From Felis catus (taxonomy: Eukaryota), in contig NC_058368.1 in NCBI RefSeq assembly GCF_018350175.1, positions 24,430,001 through 24,494,000 of the forward strand: a DNA stretch of 64,000 nucleotides, written 5' to 3'. The notes beneath the pieces were generated by a model. The model ran no database searches, was not told the origin of the DNA, and saw only the letters and a list, made by a program, of their open reading frames with translations. Positions 24,656 to 37,109 of the stretch are shown in pieces (positions within the stretch are counted from its first letter, which is position 1; every line of letters starts with the position of its first letter). A program made the position numbers and the translations under genes.

Positions 24656-25977
24656 TTTTTCTTTCTCTTACAGAAAGAACGCCCAGATACAAAGACTTAC
24701 AAAACAACATCTATATACAGCTACAGCTCTTAGAGTACCAGAGGTAAAGAAGGAAGTCAAAGAGGCCAGAAAGGTCCAAAAGTTCTAGGTCATTCCCATC
24801 ACAAATGAGCCTGGAGGGGCCAGTTCCAAAGAGCTAAGATTCCCTAAATTCTCTTGCACCTGAAACAGCACAGAACTCTATCCTGGCCTCTCCTGGATTC
24901 AAAAAAGGACGTCTCAGTAGGTGTTTCTTAATAGCTTCTTCATGGAAGGAGGAACAATTGCGCTCCTTTGTTCTCTGCACCATCTCAAATGGCTGGACAA
25001 GCCAATCGCTGAATGGCAATGCTTTTTGTTTCATTTTCACAGTTTCAGATAACTGTGATATATTTAAGACAGTAAGGTGATGTTTTCCAGTTCTAGTCCT
25101 TAAAAATTACAGAGGACAACTCCTTTCTTGCAACAGCTACGGTTCTCTTCTTTTGTTTTTCAAAGCAGCAATGACTCTGGAATACTCACACTTGGAAGAA
25201 GAGAGAGTTTACAACTCCGTTTGGGATACTCTGAGTCTAATGTGAAATTTAAAAATATTTCTTCTAAAATAGCCAAACAATGCTCAGAGACCAATAAATT
25301 GAGTGATTTTATCAGCACGTCATTGGCTTTAAAGTACCCTGAATGCTTGGGTGGGGTCTGGTGGGAGCTGTCAAACTTTTTAACAAGTTGGTTACCACGT
25401 AACCATTTAAACAAAAGCCTCCCAAGCAAGTCTGGAATTATTTCAGGCTCTCCAGGGAATTTCTTTCCAACTGATAGCTAAAAAATCATTTGACAGGGTT
25501 ACCTACAGTAGCACTGCCATTTTAAGCAAAAAAGATATGAAAGATAAATAAGAACGGATGGAAACTAATCTTTTTTTAGTCTGTGACCTTAAGCAAGGCC
25601 ACTCACCCCTTGTGGTTAAATAATGGCAACAAATGAAATATTCACCAATGTCACAAATAAATGCTTTTCACAAGGAATCATGCTGGCGCACAGAGTGAAA
25701 GACCACAGGCTACAGAGCTGCTCCGCCACAGCGACGAGCATGAGAAACGCGGCTGTTCCAACCTGTGAGATGCTCTTGGTAGACACCATGAACTTCAGAG
25801 ACATAATATGAAAAAAATATACAAAATACCTCACTGATTTTATATCGCAAACATGCTGAAATAATATTCTGGTCATCCTGCATTAAATAAAACATATCAT
25901 TAAAATTAATTTCGCTTGCTTTTTTTTTTTTTTTTTTTTTTAAATGTGGCTACCAGTGCATTTGAAGTACGTTTGTT

Positions 25978-26200
25978 TGGACGCCTGGGTGTCTCAGTCA
26001 GTTGAGCATCTGACTCTTGATTTTGGTTCAGGTCATGATCCCCAGGTCGTGGGGTTGAGCCCTGCGTTAGGCTCCACATTGAGCATGGAGCCTGCTTAAG
26101 ATTCTCCCTCTCCCAACCTCCCTCTTTTATTCTCTCCCTCTGCCCGTCTCCCCATCTGTGCTCTCTCTAAAATAATAAAACCAAATATCTAATAAAAAAG
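25978..26200 (+). mobile_element. CAN-SINE (older)
   Basis: head ...gcctgggtgtctcagtcagttgagc. Confidence 0.88.
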
Positions 26201-27844
26201 TTACATTTACTAACAGCAGTTAGACAATCAAATGAAATTAAAGGCATTCAACTTGGTAAGGAAGAAGTCTAACTTTCACTATTTGTAGATAACATGACAC
26301 CCTATATAGAAAATACTAAAGACTCCACCAAAAAACTAGTAGAACTGATCAGTTAATTCAGTAAAGTCGTAAGATATAAAATCAATGTGCAGAAAACTGT
26401 TGCATTTCTATACACTAATAATGAAGCAGCAGAAAGAAATTGAGAAAATAATCCCATTTACAACTGCACCAAAAATAATAAGATACCTAGGAATAAACCT
26501 AACTGAAGAGGTAAAAGGCCCATACTCTAAAACCTATAAAACATTGATGAAAGAGACTGAACACTACACAAAGAAACAGAAAGACATTCCATGTTTATGG
26601 ACTGGAAGAACAAATATTGTTAAAATGTCTACACTATGCAAAGCAATTTACACATTTAATGCAATCCCTATCGAACTACCAATAGCATTTTTTCACAGAG
26701 CTAGAACAAATAATCTTAAAATTTATACAGAATCACAAAAGACTCCAAATTACCAAAGCAATTTTGAAAAAAGAAAGTGAAGCTGGAGGCATCACAATTT
26801 CTGACTTCAAGTTATATTACGAAGCTGTAGTCATCGAAACAGTATGGTACTGGCACAAAAATAGACACATAGATCAATGGAACAGGATAGCAAACCCAGA
26901 AATAAACCCACAAGGATATGGTCAATTAACCTTTGGCAAAGCAGGAAAGAATATCCAATGGGCAAAAGACAATCTCTTCAACAAATGGTGTTGGAAAAAC
27001 TGGACAGCAGCATGTAACACAGCAAAACCAGACCACTTTCTTACACCACATGCAAAAATTAACAATAGATGAAAGAGTTACATGTGAGGCATGAAACCAT
27101 AAAAATTCTAGAAGAGAGCACGCTTTTCTGATATTGGCTGCAGCAACATTTTTCTAGATACGTCTCCTGAGGCAAGGGAAACAAAAGCAAAATTAAACTA
27201 TTAAGACTACATCAAAATAAAAGCTTTTGCACGGCAAAGTAAATAATCCAAAACACTAAAAGGCAACCTACTGAATGAGAATAGGTATTTGCAAATGACA
27301 TATCCAATAAAGGGTTAGCATTGGAAATATGTAAAGAAGTTATAAAAATCCACACCCCAAAACAAGCAATCCAATTTAAAAATGGGCAGAAGAAATGGAC
27401 ATTTCTCAAAGAAGACATAAAGAGAGCCCACAGACATACTAAAAGATGGCTCAACATCACTCTTCATCAGGGAAATGCAAATCAAGACTACAACGAAATA
27501 TCACCACACACCTCTCCAAATGGCTAAGATCAAAAACACAACATACAACGAGTGCTGGCAAGGTTGTGGAGAAAAAGGAACCCTCATGTACTGTTGGTGG
27601 GAATGCAGACTGGCACAGCCACTCTGGAAAACAGCATGGAGGTTCCTCAAAAAGTTAAAAATACAACTACTCTATGATCCAGCAATCGCACTACTGGGTA
27701 TTTACCCAACGAATACAAAAATAATAATTCAATGGGATACATGCATCTCTATGTTTACAGCATATTTTATTATTTACAATAGCCAAATTATGGAAGCAAC
27801 CTAAGTGTCCATCCACTGATTAGAATGGATAAAGAAGATGTGTG

Positions 27845-27847
<3 letters not shown>

Positions 27848-27892
<45 letters not shown>
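27848..27892. repeat. (CA)n microsatellite
   Basis: direct reading. Confidence 0.95.
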
Positions 27893-27897
<5 letters not shown>

Positions 27898-27930
27898 GAA
27901 TATTACCCAGCCATCAAAGAATGAACTCTT

Positions 27931-28137
27931 GGGGCACCAGTGTGGCTCAGTTGGTTGTGTCCCACTCTTGATCTCAGCTCAGGTCATGATCTCACAGTTT
28001 GTGATTCTGAGCCCCACATAGGGGCTCCACATTGGCAGCATGGAGCCTGCTTGAAAATCTCTCTTGCCCTCTGCCCTCCCCTGCTCATGCTCACTCTCCC
28101 TCTCTCTCTCAAAATAAATAAATAAACAAACTTAAAA
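27931..28137 (+). mobile_element. CAN-SINE inside L1
   Basis: TSD agaatgaa(c/a)tctt. Confidence 0.9.
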
Positions 28138-28463
28138 AGAGAATGAAATCTTGCCATTTGCAACAAGAATGGAGCTAGAGGGTATTTTGCTAAGTGAAAT
28201 TTAAGAAGCAAATGAGCAAAGGAAAAGAGAGAGAGAGAGACAAGCCAAGAAGCAGACCCTTAACTACTGAGAACAAACTAATGGTTAATAAAAAGAGGTG
28301 AGTGGGGGGATGAATGAAATAGGTGATGGGGATTAAGGAGTGCCCCTGTCATGATAAGCACCAGATGATATATGGAAGTCTTGAATCACTACATTGTGTA
28401 CCTGAAGCTAATATAATGCTATGTTAACTACAATGGAATTAAAATTAAAAATAGAACAGAACA

Positions 28464-28657
28464 GGGGCGCCTGGTGGCTCAGTCAGTTCAGCGTCCAATA
28501 TTTGACTTTGACTCAGGTCATGATCTCATGGTTCGTGAGTTAGAACCCCACTTCGGGCTCTGTGCTGACAGTGCGGAGCCTGCTTGGGATTCTCTCTCCC
28601 TCTCTCTCTGCCCCTCCCATGCTCTCTCTCAAAATAAATAAATAAACTTAAAAAAAA
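28464..28657 (+). mobile_element. CAN-SINE in L1 tail
   Basis: TSD agaacagaa. Confidence 0.9.
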
Positions 28658-29947
28658 CAGAACAGAATTAAAATTTTTTCATGAAATAAAGTAAAATAAA
28701 ATTTGCTGCTTGCGTTACCTTTCTATCAAATAGTGCTGGGTGAGGGTGTTTCAGCTTAAGTTATATTAGCTACACCAGAGTGAACTTCTGTACATCACAC
28801 ACTGCCTCTCTACCTTAGGTTTCTCTCTACCCTTGCAAGATGTCAAGAGCTTGGCCTAGATGCTTTTAAAACCCCAATGGCTCTCACATTCTAGGATTTC
28901 TAGGATTTGAGGATCCAACAGGTTATTGCTGGTGGAGAAAAGGCACCAGAGCCAGCTGAACACAATGCTAATAAGTAAGTAGTTACACTCAACCTTTAGT
29001 GTAACTAAGAGGTTACACTAACCTCTGGGCTCTGGACAGGGTGCCCAAGAAAAGCTCAAGGACTCCCTCACAGCCACCCCACAGCTTGTGTGTCCTGAGG
29101 CGGGAGACAGGAGACAGTGCTGTTCTACCACGGCCACAAGGCCAGCCCAGCGGCTGATAAGAGCATCTCAGGAAAGCCCCGCTCTGGTGTGGGACTGGCC
29201 CCAGGCTCAGCACACGGGCACCTATTCACAGATGAGCTGGTCCGCAGCTCGGCAGGAGAGCTGATACATGGCATGCTGTCGGCTTACGCCCAGGGTGCAG
29301 TGGGACAGAAACACATTCCAGCTGCCCACAGGTTCCAGAAGACCGACCTCACCTGTGTGCCGCCCATCTGTGGGAGCCCGACAAGTGGGGAAAAAAACCA
29401 ACGCGTTATATATTGTGCTTTTAAGACCTAATCCAAATGCTAGCAGATTTGGATTGTGTGTCTATCAGACTCCTAAAAGAAGAATTCTTTAAAAAGAAAA
29501 AAAAAAGCATATAACTATCAGTTTCATCCAAAGCATTATTCCGTGTTACTGTTTTGTTTTCTGGAACCGATTAAGATGCTACCTTCTGAATCAAGATGGA
29601 TTGTAAGATAGTCATCCCCCTGGCAGGCTGAGCACCTGGGAGTCTTCACAGTCTGTCCCAAGCCACAGCCCACTTTCCACCCCTTGAGAGCAGCATTCAG
29701 CAAACATGTATTGGGTCTTATGCCGAGCACCAGGTACAACAGCAAATCCCTGTCCACAGCCCTTGGTGGCTTTCCAGACATAGAGGGAGCTGGTGTGAAG
29801 AAAGCCAAGTAGGAAGAAAGTATGACTGCACAGAATTCCGTGGTAAGTATAGCGTGCTTGCATTGGGAGTGCCTAAGTCTGGCTTAGAGGATTTGGGAAG
29901 GCTTTCTGGGGGAAGTGACATCTAGCTTGGTTAAGAACTGACCAAGA

Positions 29948-30164
29948 GGGGCGCCTGGGTGGCGCAGTCGGTTAAGCGTCCGACTTCAGCCAGGTCACGA
30001 TCTCGCGGTCCGTGAGTTTGAGCCCCGCGTCAGGCTCTGGGCTGATGGCTCGGAGCCTGGAGCCTGTTTCCGATTCTGTGTCTCCCTCTCTCTCTGCCCC
30101 TCCCCCCGTTCATGCTCTGTCTCTCTCTGTCCCAAAAATAAATAAAAGTTGAAAAAAAAAAAAA
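29948..30164 (+). mobile_element. Young SINEC_Fc
   Basis: perfect TSD aagaactgaccaaga. Confidence 0.95.
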
Positions 30165-31060
30165 AAGAACTGACCAAGAGAAGACGAGAAGGAAGAAACT
30201 GTCCCCACAGAGACAGTGATGTGTGTCAAAGACTAGAAGTGGAAGTGAACAAGGAACACTCCCAGATGGCTGGAACTAAAGGGGCCAGGGACAGGAGGTG
30301 AATGACGGGTCTTGAATGCCCCATGGAGGAGCTGAAGGTGGCCTAACTCTAACTCTAAGGCAGTGGCCGTGAAAATGGAGCACCCAGTGTCATTCTACAT
30401 AGCCTCAGCCAGATTAAACTGCTTCCCACGCTCCAAGCAAGGCACCTCCTCCTGGGCTGTCTTGCCTTTGCTCACGCCGTCCCTTCTCTCTTAAATGCTT
30501 CCTCTGTGCCTGTCTTCCTTTTTCCGTTTAGAAAATCCCACACAGACTTCTGCAAGGGGCCTCTCAAACGTCTCTTCCCTTACAAATCCTTCCCAACTCC
30601 AAGGCTGAATCAATCACTCCCTAACCACATGCACATATTTCTTGTAATAGCAAACTTGGGGGTGGGTGTGCCTACCCAAATTAATATCCATCTTCTTTCA
30701 GAACTGCCCCCTTGTTGGCAGGAAAGCAGCTGTGTGTCTGGGTCATGTGACCATGTGCCTTGTGCATCACGGACTCAGTCAGGAGAGGACATCCGACCCA
30801 CATCTTGCCTTTCTCATTTAGACATCAGGGCTGAGACAGACTAGCTAGTGCTTAAGTCGGAGGACATTTAAACTTGGGATCTGTGGGCGAGACATCTCCA
30901 CTGCATGGAGAAGTACAGAGAGCTAAGTGACAAAACAAACCACTTCCATGGCTCCAGACAACTTTCCAGTGTCTTGTTCTAGACATTAATGATCCCTGAT
31001 CAAATGTCCAGATGCTGAGTGGCAGGAATACCCCTGCATCCTTTAAAAATATGCATTATT

Positions 31061-31260
31061 GAGGCACCTGGGTGGCTCAGTCAGTTAAGTGTCTGACTTT
31101 TGACGTTGGCTCAGGTCATGATCTCGTGGTTGTGAGATCAAGCCCTTGTGTTGGGCTCTGCACCCAGAGTTGGGATTCTCTCTCTGCCTCTCTCTCTGTT
31201 CCTCCCTACTCATGTGAAACACTTAAAAAATAAATAAAAAAATAATACAAAGTTAAAAAA
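31061..31260 (+). mobile_element. CAN-SINE (older)
   Basis: head gaggcacctgggtggctcag. Confidence 0.88.
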
Positions 31261-31599
31261 ATGATTATTTAGGTATAGTTGATATACAATGTTGTATTAC
31301 TTTCAGGTGCACAACATAGTCATTGAACAATTCTATTCATTGCCCAGCGCTCACCAAGGTTAAGTCTGGTCACCATCTGACACCATACAATGTTATTACA
31401 GTATCATATTGTACGGTATTTATTCCCTGTACTGTGCTTTTCATCTCTGTGACTTATTTTCTAACTGAGAGTTTGCACTTAATCCCAGTCATCGATTCCA
31501 TACATGCTCCTGGCCCCTCTGCCAATCGCCAGTTTATTCTCTGTATTTACGAGTCTATTTCTGATTTTTTTTGATTTTTTAAAAACTTGAAATTTAATT

Positions 31600-31705
31600 A
31601 ATTAATTATTTTATTTATTTATTTGATTTGAGAAAGAGATGAGATCACAACCTGAGCTGAAATTAAGAGTCCAATGCTTAACTGACTGACCATGAAGGCA
31701 CCCCT
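31600..31705 (-). mobile_element. Internally deleted CAN-SINE remnant within L1
   Basis: tail joined directly to head (gagatcacaacctgagctgaaattaagagtccaatgcttaactgactga...gcacccc). Confidence 0.7.
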
Positions 31706-31848
31706 CAATATGTTTTTATTCCAAATATAAGTGAAACCGTATGGTATTTATCTTCCTCTGTCTGACTTATTTCACACCCTCTAGGTCTATCTATATTGTC
31801 TCAAAAGACAAGATTTCATTCATTTCTTATGGCTAAATAATATTTCAT

Positions 31849-31937
31849 TGTGTGTGTGTGTGTATGTATATATGTACATATATATGTATACATATATACA
31901 CACATATACATATATACATATGTATGTATGTATATAT

Positions 31938-31978
<41 letters not shown>

Positions 31979-31985
31979 CACACAC
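31849..31985. repeat. Compound (TG)n/(TA)n/(CA)n microsatellite
   Basis: direct reading. Confidence 0.95.
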
Positions 31986-33471
31986 CCCACTTCTTTATTC
32001 ACTTATCTGTCGATGGACGCTTGGGTTTCCTCCATATCTTGGCTGTTGTAAATAATGCTGCAATGAACATAGGGATGCATGTATCTTTTCCAATCAGTGT
32101 TTGTGTCCTTTGGGGAATTACTGGATCATACGGTAATTCTAGTTTTAATTTTTTGGGGAATCTCCATACTGTTTTCCATGGTGGCTGCATGAGTTTACAT
32201 TCCCACCAACAGTGTGTGAAGGTTTCCCTTTCTCCACATCCTTGCCAATACTTGTTATTGTTTGCCTTTCTAATTACTAGCCATTCTGACTTGTATGAAG
32301 TGTTTTCTTATTGTGGTTCTGATTTGCATTTCCCTGATGATCAGTGACACTAAGCATCTTTTCATGTGTCTGTTGGCCATCATCTGTATGTCTTCTTTGG
32401 AAGAATGTCTATTTGGGTCCTCTGCCCATTTTTAATTCAGATTTTTCTTTTTTGGTGTTGACTTGCATAAGTTCTTTATATACTTTGGATATTACCTCCT
32501 TATTGAATAAATCATTTGCAAATATATTCTCCCATTCACTAGGTTGCCTTTCTCTTTTGTTGGTAGTTTCCTTTGCTGTGCAAAAGTTTTCCATTTTTGG
32601 TGTAGACTCAATAGTTTATTTTTACTTTTGTTTGCCCTTGCCTTGGAATAGGTTTCAGATACTAATATCACATGAGTCCTGAAAAAGACACTCTTTCTTT
32701 ACCTTTCAATGCCTTTATACAGCAGTAACTCACTCCTATACTAAAATTAAAGCTGATACATAGGTCACTTTCCTAACCTGTCACGTTCCTAACCAACTCC
32801 CACTGCAGACGTGATGAAGGGATGACAGCACTCTCTATCTGAGCCTCCTAAGTCATCACCATGGTGGTCCACGTGGCCTCAAGAAATTAAATGGACTTGG
32901 CACCCAATAGAAAAGGTATTGGCCATCAATGTTCTAGACTGGAATCTACTTGAAGGAAGGAACTGTGTCCTTTCCATGGTTGTAATCACAGCAGCTGTGC
33001 TTGATACAAGGTCAGTATGGAATAATGCCTGCTTGAAGGAGACATTCTGACCATTGTATTTCAGCCTGATTGCTTATTCTTGTCTCTTCATTCACCCATC
33101 TTACCTGGATGGGATTCATTCTTTCCCATTTTAGAAACAAGGTAAGTGATTCGTTTAGTAGTGAAAGACCTGAAATAGAACAGTGTTTCTTGGCCTCAGA
33201 TGCACACTTACAACCCATCTCTACCCATCTAAAACATTTGTTACACTTTTTTGTCTCTGAGGATATGGTCATATTTTAGAGTGACATCACTTTGGGGCAA
33301 TGGTTACTAAAACCCATACAGAATCAAAGCATTCTGTTCTTTCTAAATTACTTACATTCATGTAAAGTTGGCCCTACTAACTTATTTGTACATTATTTTG
33401 CCAGTGTATCCATAATTTATCACAAATTTATATGCGATCTGGAAAAAAATGATGTAACTACCACATGATCA

Positions 33472-33551
33472 CCTGTAAACTTCAGGAACTGTAAATCCCG
33501 TGGACTTCAGGAAGTGTAAACTTCAGGAAACCTGTAAATTTCAGGAACTGT
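33472..33551. repeat. Degenerate tandem repeat of TGTAAACTTCAGGAA (about 4 units)
   Basis: ttcaggaa x4 and tgtaaa x4 within 80 bp. Confidence 0.8.
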
Positions 33552-33716
33552 GTCTGCCACAGCCAAGCCAAGATCATTCCTCTCCCCACTTAATGTCTTT
33601 ATCACATACAGCCATCCAACAACCTATGCCCAACTTTACAAGAGTCTTCCTGACTACCTTGATAGATTATGATTAGTCAACAAATAAAAAGAGCATCTTA
33701 AAAATCAGTAACATAC

Positions 33717-33843
33717 CAACTCCATTAACTGTTTGAGCTGACCTATCTCTTCTGGCAGCGATCCAAGTTTGTTGTTACTTGCGATTAAGACTTTGAGAGG
33801 CAGACCACACAGGCAGGCAGGCAGGGCAGACAGCTGATTTCGA
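33717..33843 (-). CDS. LRCH1: LRCH1 coding exon 3 (LRR region)
   Basis: ttgcag|T CGA AAT CAG ... GAG TTG|gtatgt; 127 nt; (S)RNQLSALPACLCGLPLKVLIASNNKLGSLPEEIGQLKQLMEL; phase fits exon 2. Confidence 0.97.
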
Positions 33844-33955
33844 CTGCAAAGACAATACAAGAACACCGTAAACACACAAGCCACGTCATACCGTTTCCGA
33901 TTTTTTGTGAATAAGCGAGAAGAAAGGAGTGATTGGAGAAGACGTCTGACAAATA

Positions 33956-34161
33956 CAAAAGGTCCAATGAAGTTTCCGTATGTGTAATCCCTCAAGTCCC
34001 AAGTACAAAAGACAATAAAATCTATTTCTAGGAAAGAAAGGCATAGGCAGTTCTGCGGCAAAAGGTCCAGTGAAGTTTCCATATGTGTAATCCCTCAAGT
34101 CCCAAGTACAAAAGACAATAAAATCTATTTCTAGGAAAGAAAGGCATAGGCAGTTCTGCGG
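33956..34161. repeat. Tandem direct duplication, 2 x 103 bp
   Basis: Copies 33956-34058 and 34059-34161 differ at 2 positions. Confidence 0.95.
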
Positions 34162-35982
34162 GAAACAACGTTTCCCGGCACAAGGAACCCCATCAAGCCC
34201 CCTGCAGAAGCGGAGTCCTTGGCCAGCCAGGAGGCAGATGGGCATCGCGCCCTGCGTCACCAATAACAACGGGAAGCGGGTGCCAACTCTTCTCTTTCTG
34301 ACAATGTAGCAGGAAACTCAGCGAGAAACGAGCACCACAAAGGCATCCTCCCGTCCATGTTACATTGATGGAGAAGATCGTTTTGCTGCAACTTACAAAA
34401 GACCACGAGCCTGATTTCCAACGTTTTGACTCTGCTTCCTTTTGCTAACACAAGAGTCACTGCGCTTAAAGTCTATTTGGGCATCTGCAAGGGAGCTAAT
34501 TAAAATTAAAAAAAAAAGTAACGTTGGCCTTCTGGCAAAAGTGAATCTGGAACCCTGAGGGGTTCAATTTCACAGGGTACCCAGAAAAATTTGGGTACAA
34601 CTCTCATCTCCGCTTTGCATGAAGAGGTTCTCTACCCAGAAGTATCTGAACTTCCTGTTATCAATGCTCAGTTTGCTGAGAAATGGGAAAATAATGGATA
34701 AATGAAATCTGTGAACCATCTTTATGTGTGTCAGCCATTTATTTCAACCTCTTCTCCCACAAAAAGCCCTTTTCCTGCCATCAGGGAAGGAGAGGGATGG
34801 TATTCAGTTTCCTTGCCTTTCTTTCCCCACCACTCTGCTGACAGAGACAATGACCAGGCAGTGGAATATCTAAAAACACGTTTGTCTTGCTATTGCAACT
34901 ACGTAGAACTTCTTCTGTGCATACGCGCACACATGCATGAAGCGGCCGAGGCGGTGGTATTGTGTGCACGTGTGGACACACATAAATCTGTGTGTGTGAG
35001 GGGGAGGGACAGATGCACTGAAAACACACCAAGATGCTATCGGTAGTCATGGGGGTCGGAGATTAGGTACAAGGAGTGTTCTTTACATTTCTCTTTCTTA
35101 TACTTTGCTGAGTTTTCCAAAATTCCTACAAAGTGCATTTATAATTAAGAAACAGGTATCACTATAAAAAGATAAACTTCATCTGGCTACTGGCTGCATG
35201 AGTGCTTCACATTCACTGAGATGTGTCCTTATGAGCTGTGCACTTTTCTGTATGTATTAGATTTTAAAGGTTTTCCTCCCCTACTCCCCCATATGATGAG
35301 GTGCGAATCCGGCTAAACAAAGGGCATCTCTAGCTGATGGGCTGAGAAGAAAACACATGGTGCGCTCTGGAAAGAACCTTTCTCATGTGGATGATCCCCT
35401 GTAAATATCCTGACGTTTCTTCTCTTCCAGGTACCCAAGGCCTGGGTAATAAGCTTTATCAAGAAAAGACACAGCCAATCTTCCCTCCATTGCCCAGATT
35501 TGCAAAGAAAGCTATTTCCAGGAAGGAGCGGAAGGAGAGAGGTTTCTCTAAGAGGGTCCAGCAGAGGGAGGGAGAAGATCGAAACCCTACAGGGGGCAGG
35601 TGGGGGGAGGTCCCTGGCACTGGAAGGACCAGCTGGCTGTTCACCTCCCCCTGGTTAGAGTGACAGGGGAAAATAGGGTGGTGGGCCCACCCTGGCACTG
35701 TCTCCTGATCTCTGAGGGCAGTGAAAGGGGGTTACTTAGGCTGCCAGTTTCTGACATCCACCCACAGGAGCCCAGAGGGGCTATTCTGGCTGGTTGAGGG
35801 GGACTTCCTGGTGCTCTGATGGGAGACAGCTTTCTTCAAGCTCCAAAAAAATTAAAAAAAAAAAAAAAAAAAAAAACCCAAAACCTCCTTAGACACTATC
35901 TCTGGGAAGAGAACTAAGTTTATTAAAAGGTGGCACATAAATAGTCTGGAATGTAACCTGTGGTTATAAAACATTTACTTAT

Positions 35983-36439
35983 TTTTTTTTAAGTTTTATT
36001 TATTTATTTTTGAGAGAGACAGTATGCACACACGCGAGCAGGGGAGGGGCAGCAAGAGAGGGAGAGAGAGAATCCCAAGCAGGCTCTTCGCTGTCAACAT
36101 GGAGCCCAAAGTAGGGCTCGATCCCAGGAACTGTGAGATTGTGGACTGAGCAGAAATCAATAGTCTGATACTTGGGGCGCCTGGGTGGCGCAGTCGGTTA
36201 AGCGTCCGACTTCAGCCAGGTCACGATCTCGCGGTCCGTGAGTTCGAGCCCCACATCAGGCTCTGGGCTGATGGCTCAGAGCCTGGAGCCTGTTTCGGAT
36301 TCTGTGTCTCCCTCTCTCTCTGCCCCTCCCCCGTTCATGCTCTGTCTCTCTCTGTCCCAAAAATAAATAAATGTTGAAAAAAAAAATTAAAAAAAAAAAA
36401 TAGTCTGACACTTAACCAACTGAGCCACCCATGTGCCCC
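35983..36439 (-). mobile_element. CAN-SINE host interrupted by a young plus-strand SINEC_Fc
   Basis: host head resumes at 36414 (aaccaactgagccaccc...). Confidence 0.9.
36174..36400 (+). mobile_element. Young SINEC_Fc (nested)
   Basis: TSD aatagtctga(t/c)actt. Confidence 0.95.
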
Positions 36440-36766
36440 TGTGGTTGTAAAATATTTATTAACATATAATTTCATAAAGTGAGGATTAGTAAAAAAAAAA
36501 TGTTAATAAGGCTTTTTTTTTTTTATTTTGGAGACATATTTAAACTTCCTTTTGAAGAGAAGCTAAGGAAACGAAGATTAGTATTTTGAAAAACTTCTAC
36601 ATGCTTATTTTCACAAATTAACACTTACAGTTCAAGATTCTTCCCGTGTTTCTTTGCTTGGAAACTCAGATTTAAACTATTCCCAGTCTCACCTTGACAC
36701 AGGTATCTTGTCACATTGACAGACACTGAACCGAGAGAGCTACTGATAATACCATTAAGCAATGCA

Positions 36767-37002
36767 GGGGTGGCTGGGTGGCTCAGTAGGTTGACAATCT
36801 GACTCTTGATTTCAGCTCAGGTCATGATCTCATGATTTGTGAGATCGAGCCCCAAGTTGGGCTCCACACTGACAGCACAGAGCCTGCTTGAGATTCTCTC
36901 TTTCCCTCCTTCTCTCTCTCTCTCTCTCTGCTCCTCCTGCGCTAACACACACACACACACACACTCTCTCCCTCTAAATAAATGAATAAACTTAAAAAAA
37001 AA
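36767..37002 (+). mobile_element. CAN-SINE (older)
   Basis: TSD aagcaatgcag. Confidence 0.9.
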
Positions 37003-37109
37003 AGCAATGCAGTGAACGTTCTGCTCATTCAGAAGCATGAATATCTGAGAGTACATGGGATTATTTTCATGGGATTTCTAGGATGGATACTCATTTATTT
37101 TATTTTTAA

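Larger units (their letters stand above)
26212..28452 (+). mobile_element. Carnivore L1, 5'-truncated (RT to 3' UTR), frameshifted
   Basis: Decayed FADD motif (ctatttgtagataacatg); ORF2 peptides in ORFs 26385, 26764, 27475 ([36 protein letters not shown]); contains (CA)n and a SINE. Confidence 0.93.
25710..28739 (-). mobile_element. MER33-like hAT/Charlie fossil split by SINE, L1 and SINE insertions (pieces about 25710-25970 and 28700-28739)
   Basis: aaattaatttcgcttg...ttaaatgtggctac resumes after the inserts as cttgcgttacctttctatcaaatagtgctg, matching the recalled MER33 end. Confidence 0.6.
31262..32650 (-). mobile_element. L1 3' portion (L1MA/L1_Carn-like)
   Basis: Minus-strand ORF2 peptides NFCTAKETTNKRERQPSEWENIFAND and WKTVWRFPKKLKLELPYDP; 3' UTR; internal microsatellite and SINE remnant. 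Confidence 0.9.

Noticed and set aside
26385..27804. Active reverse transcriptase or retroelement system
   Set aside because: It is a 5'-truncated L1 ORF2 with stops, frameshifts and a decayed catalytic motif.
33472..33551. CRISPR-like array
   Set aside because: The context is eukaryotic, the units are short and degenerate, and there are no unique spacers or cas genes.
33705..34269. ORFs 33705-34082 and 33886-34269 as an extended or alternative exon
   Set aside because: Only 33717-33843 matches LRCH1 and has splice sites. The repeated peptide comes from the 103-bp duplication.
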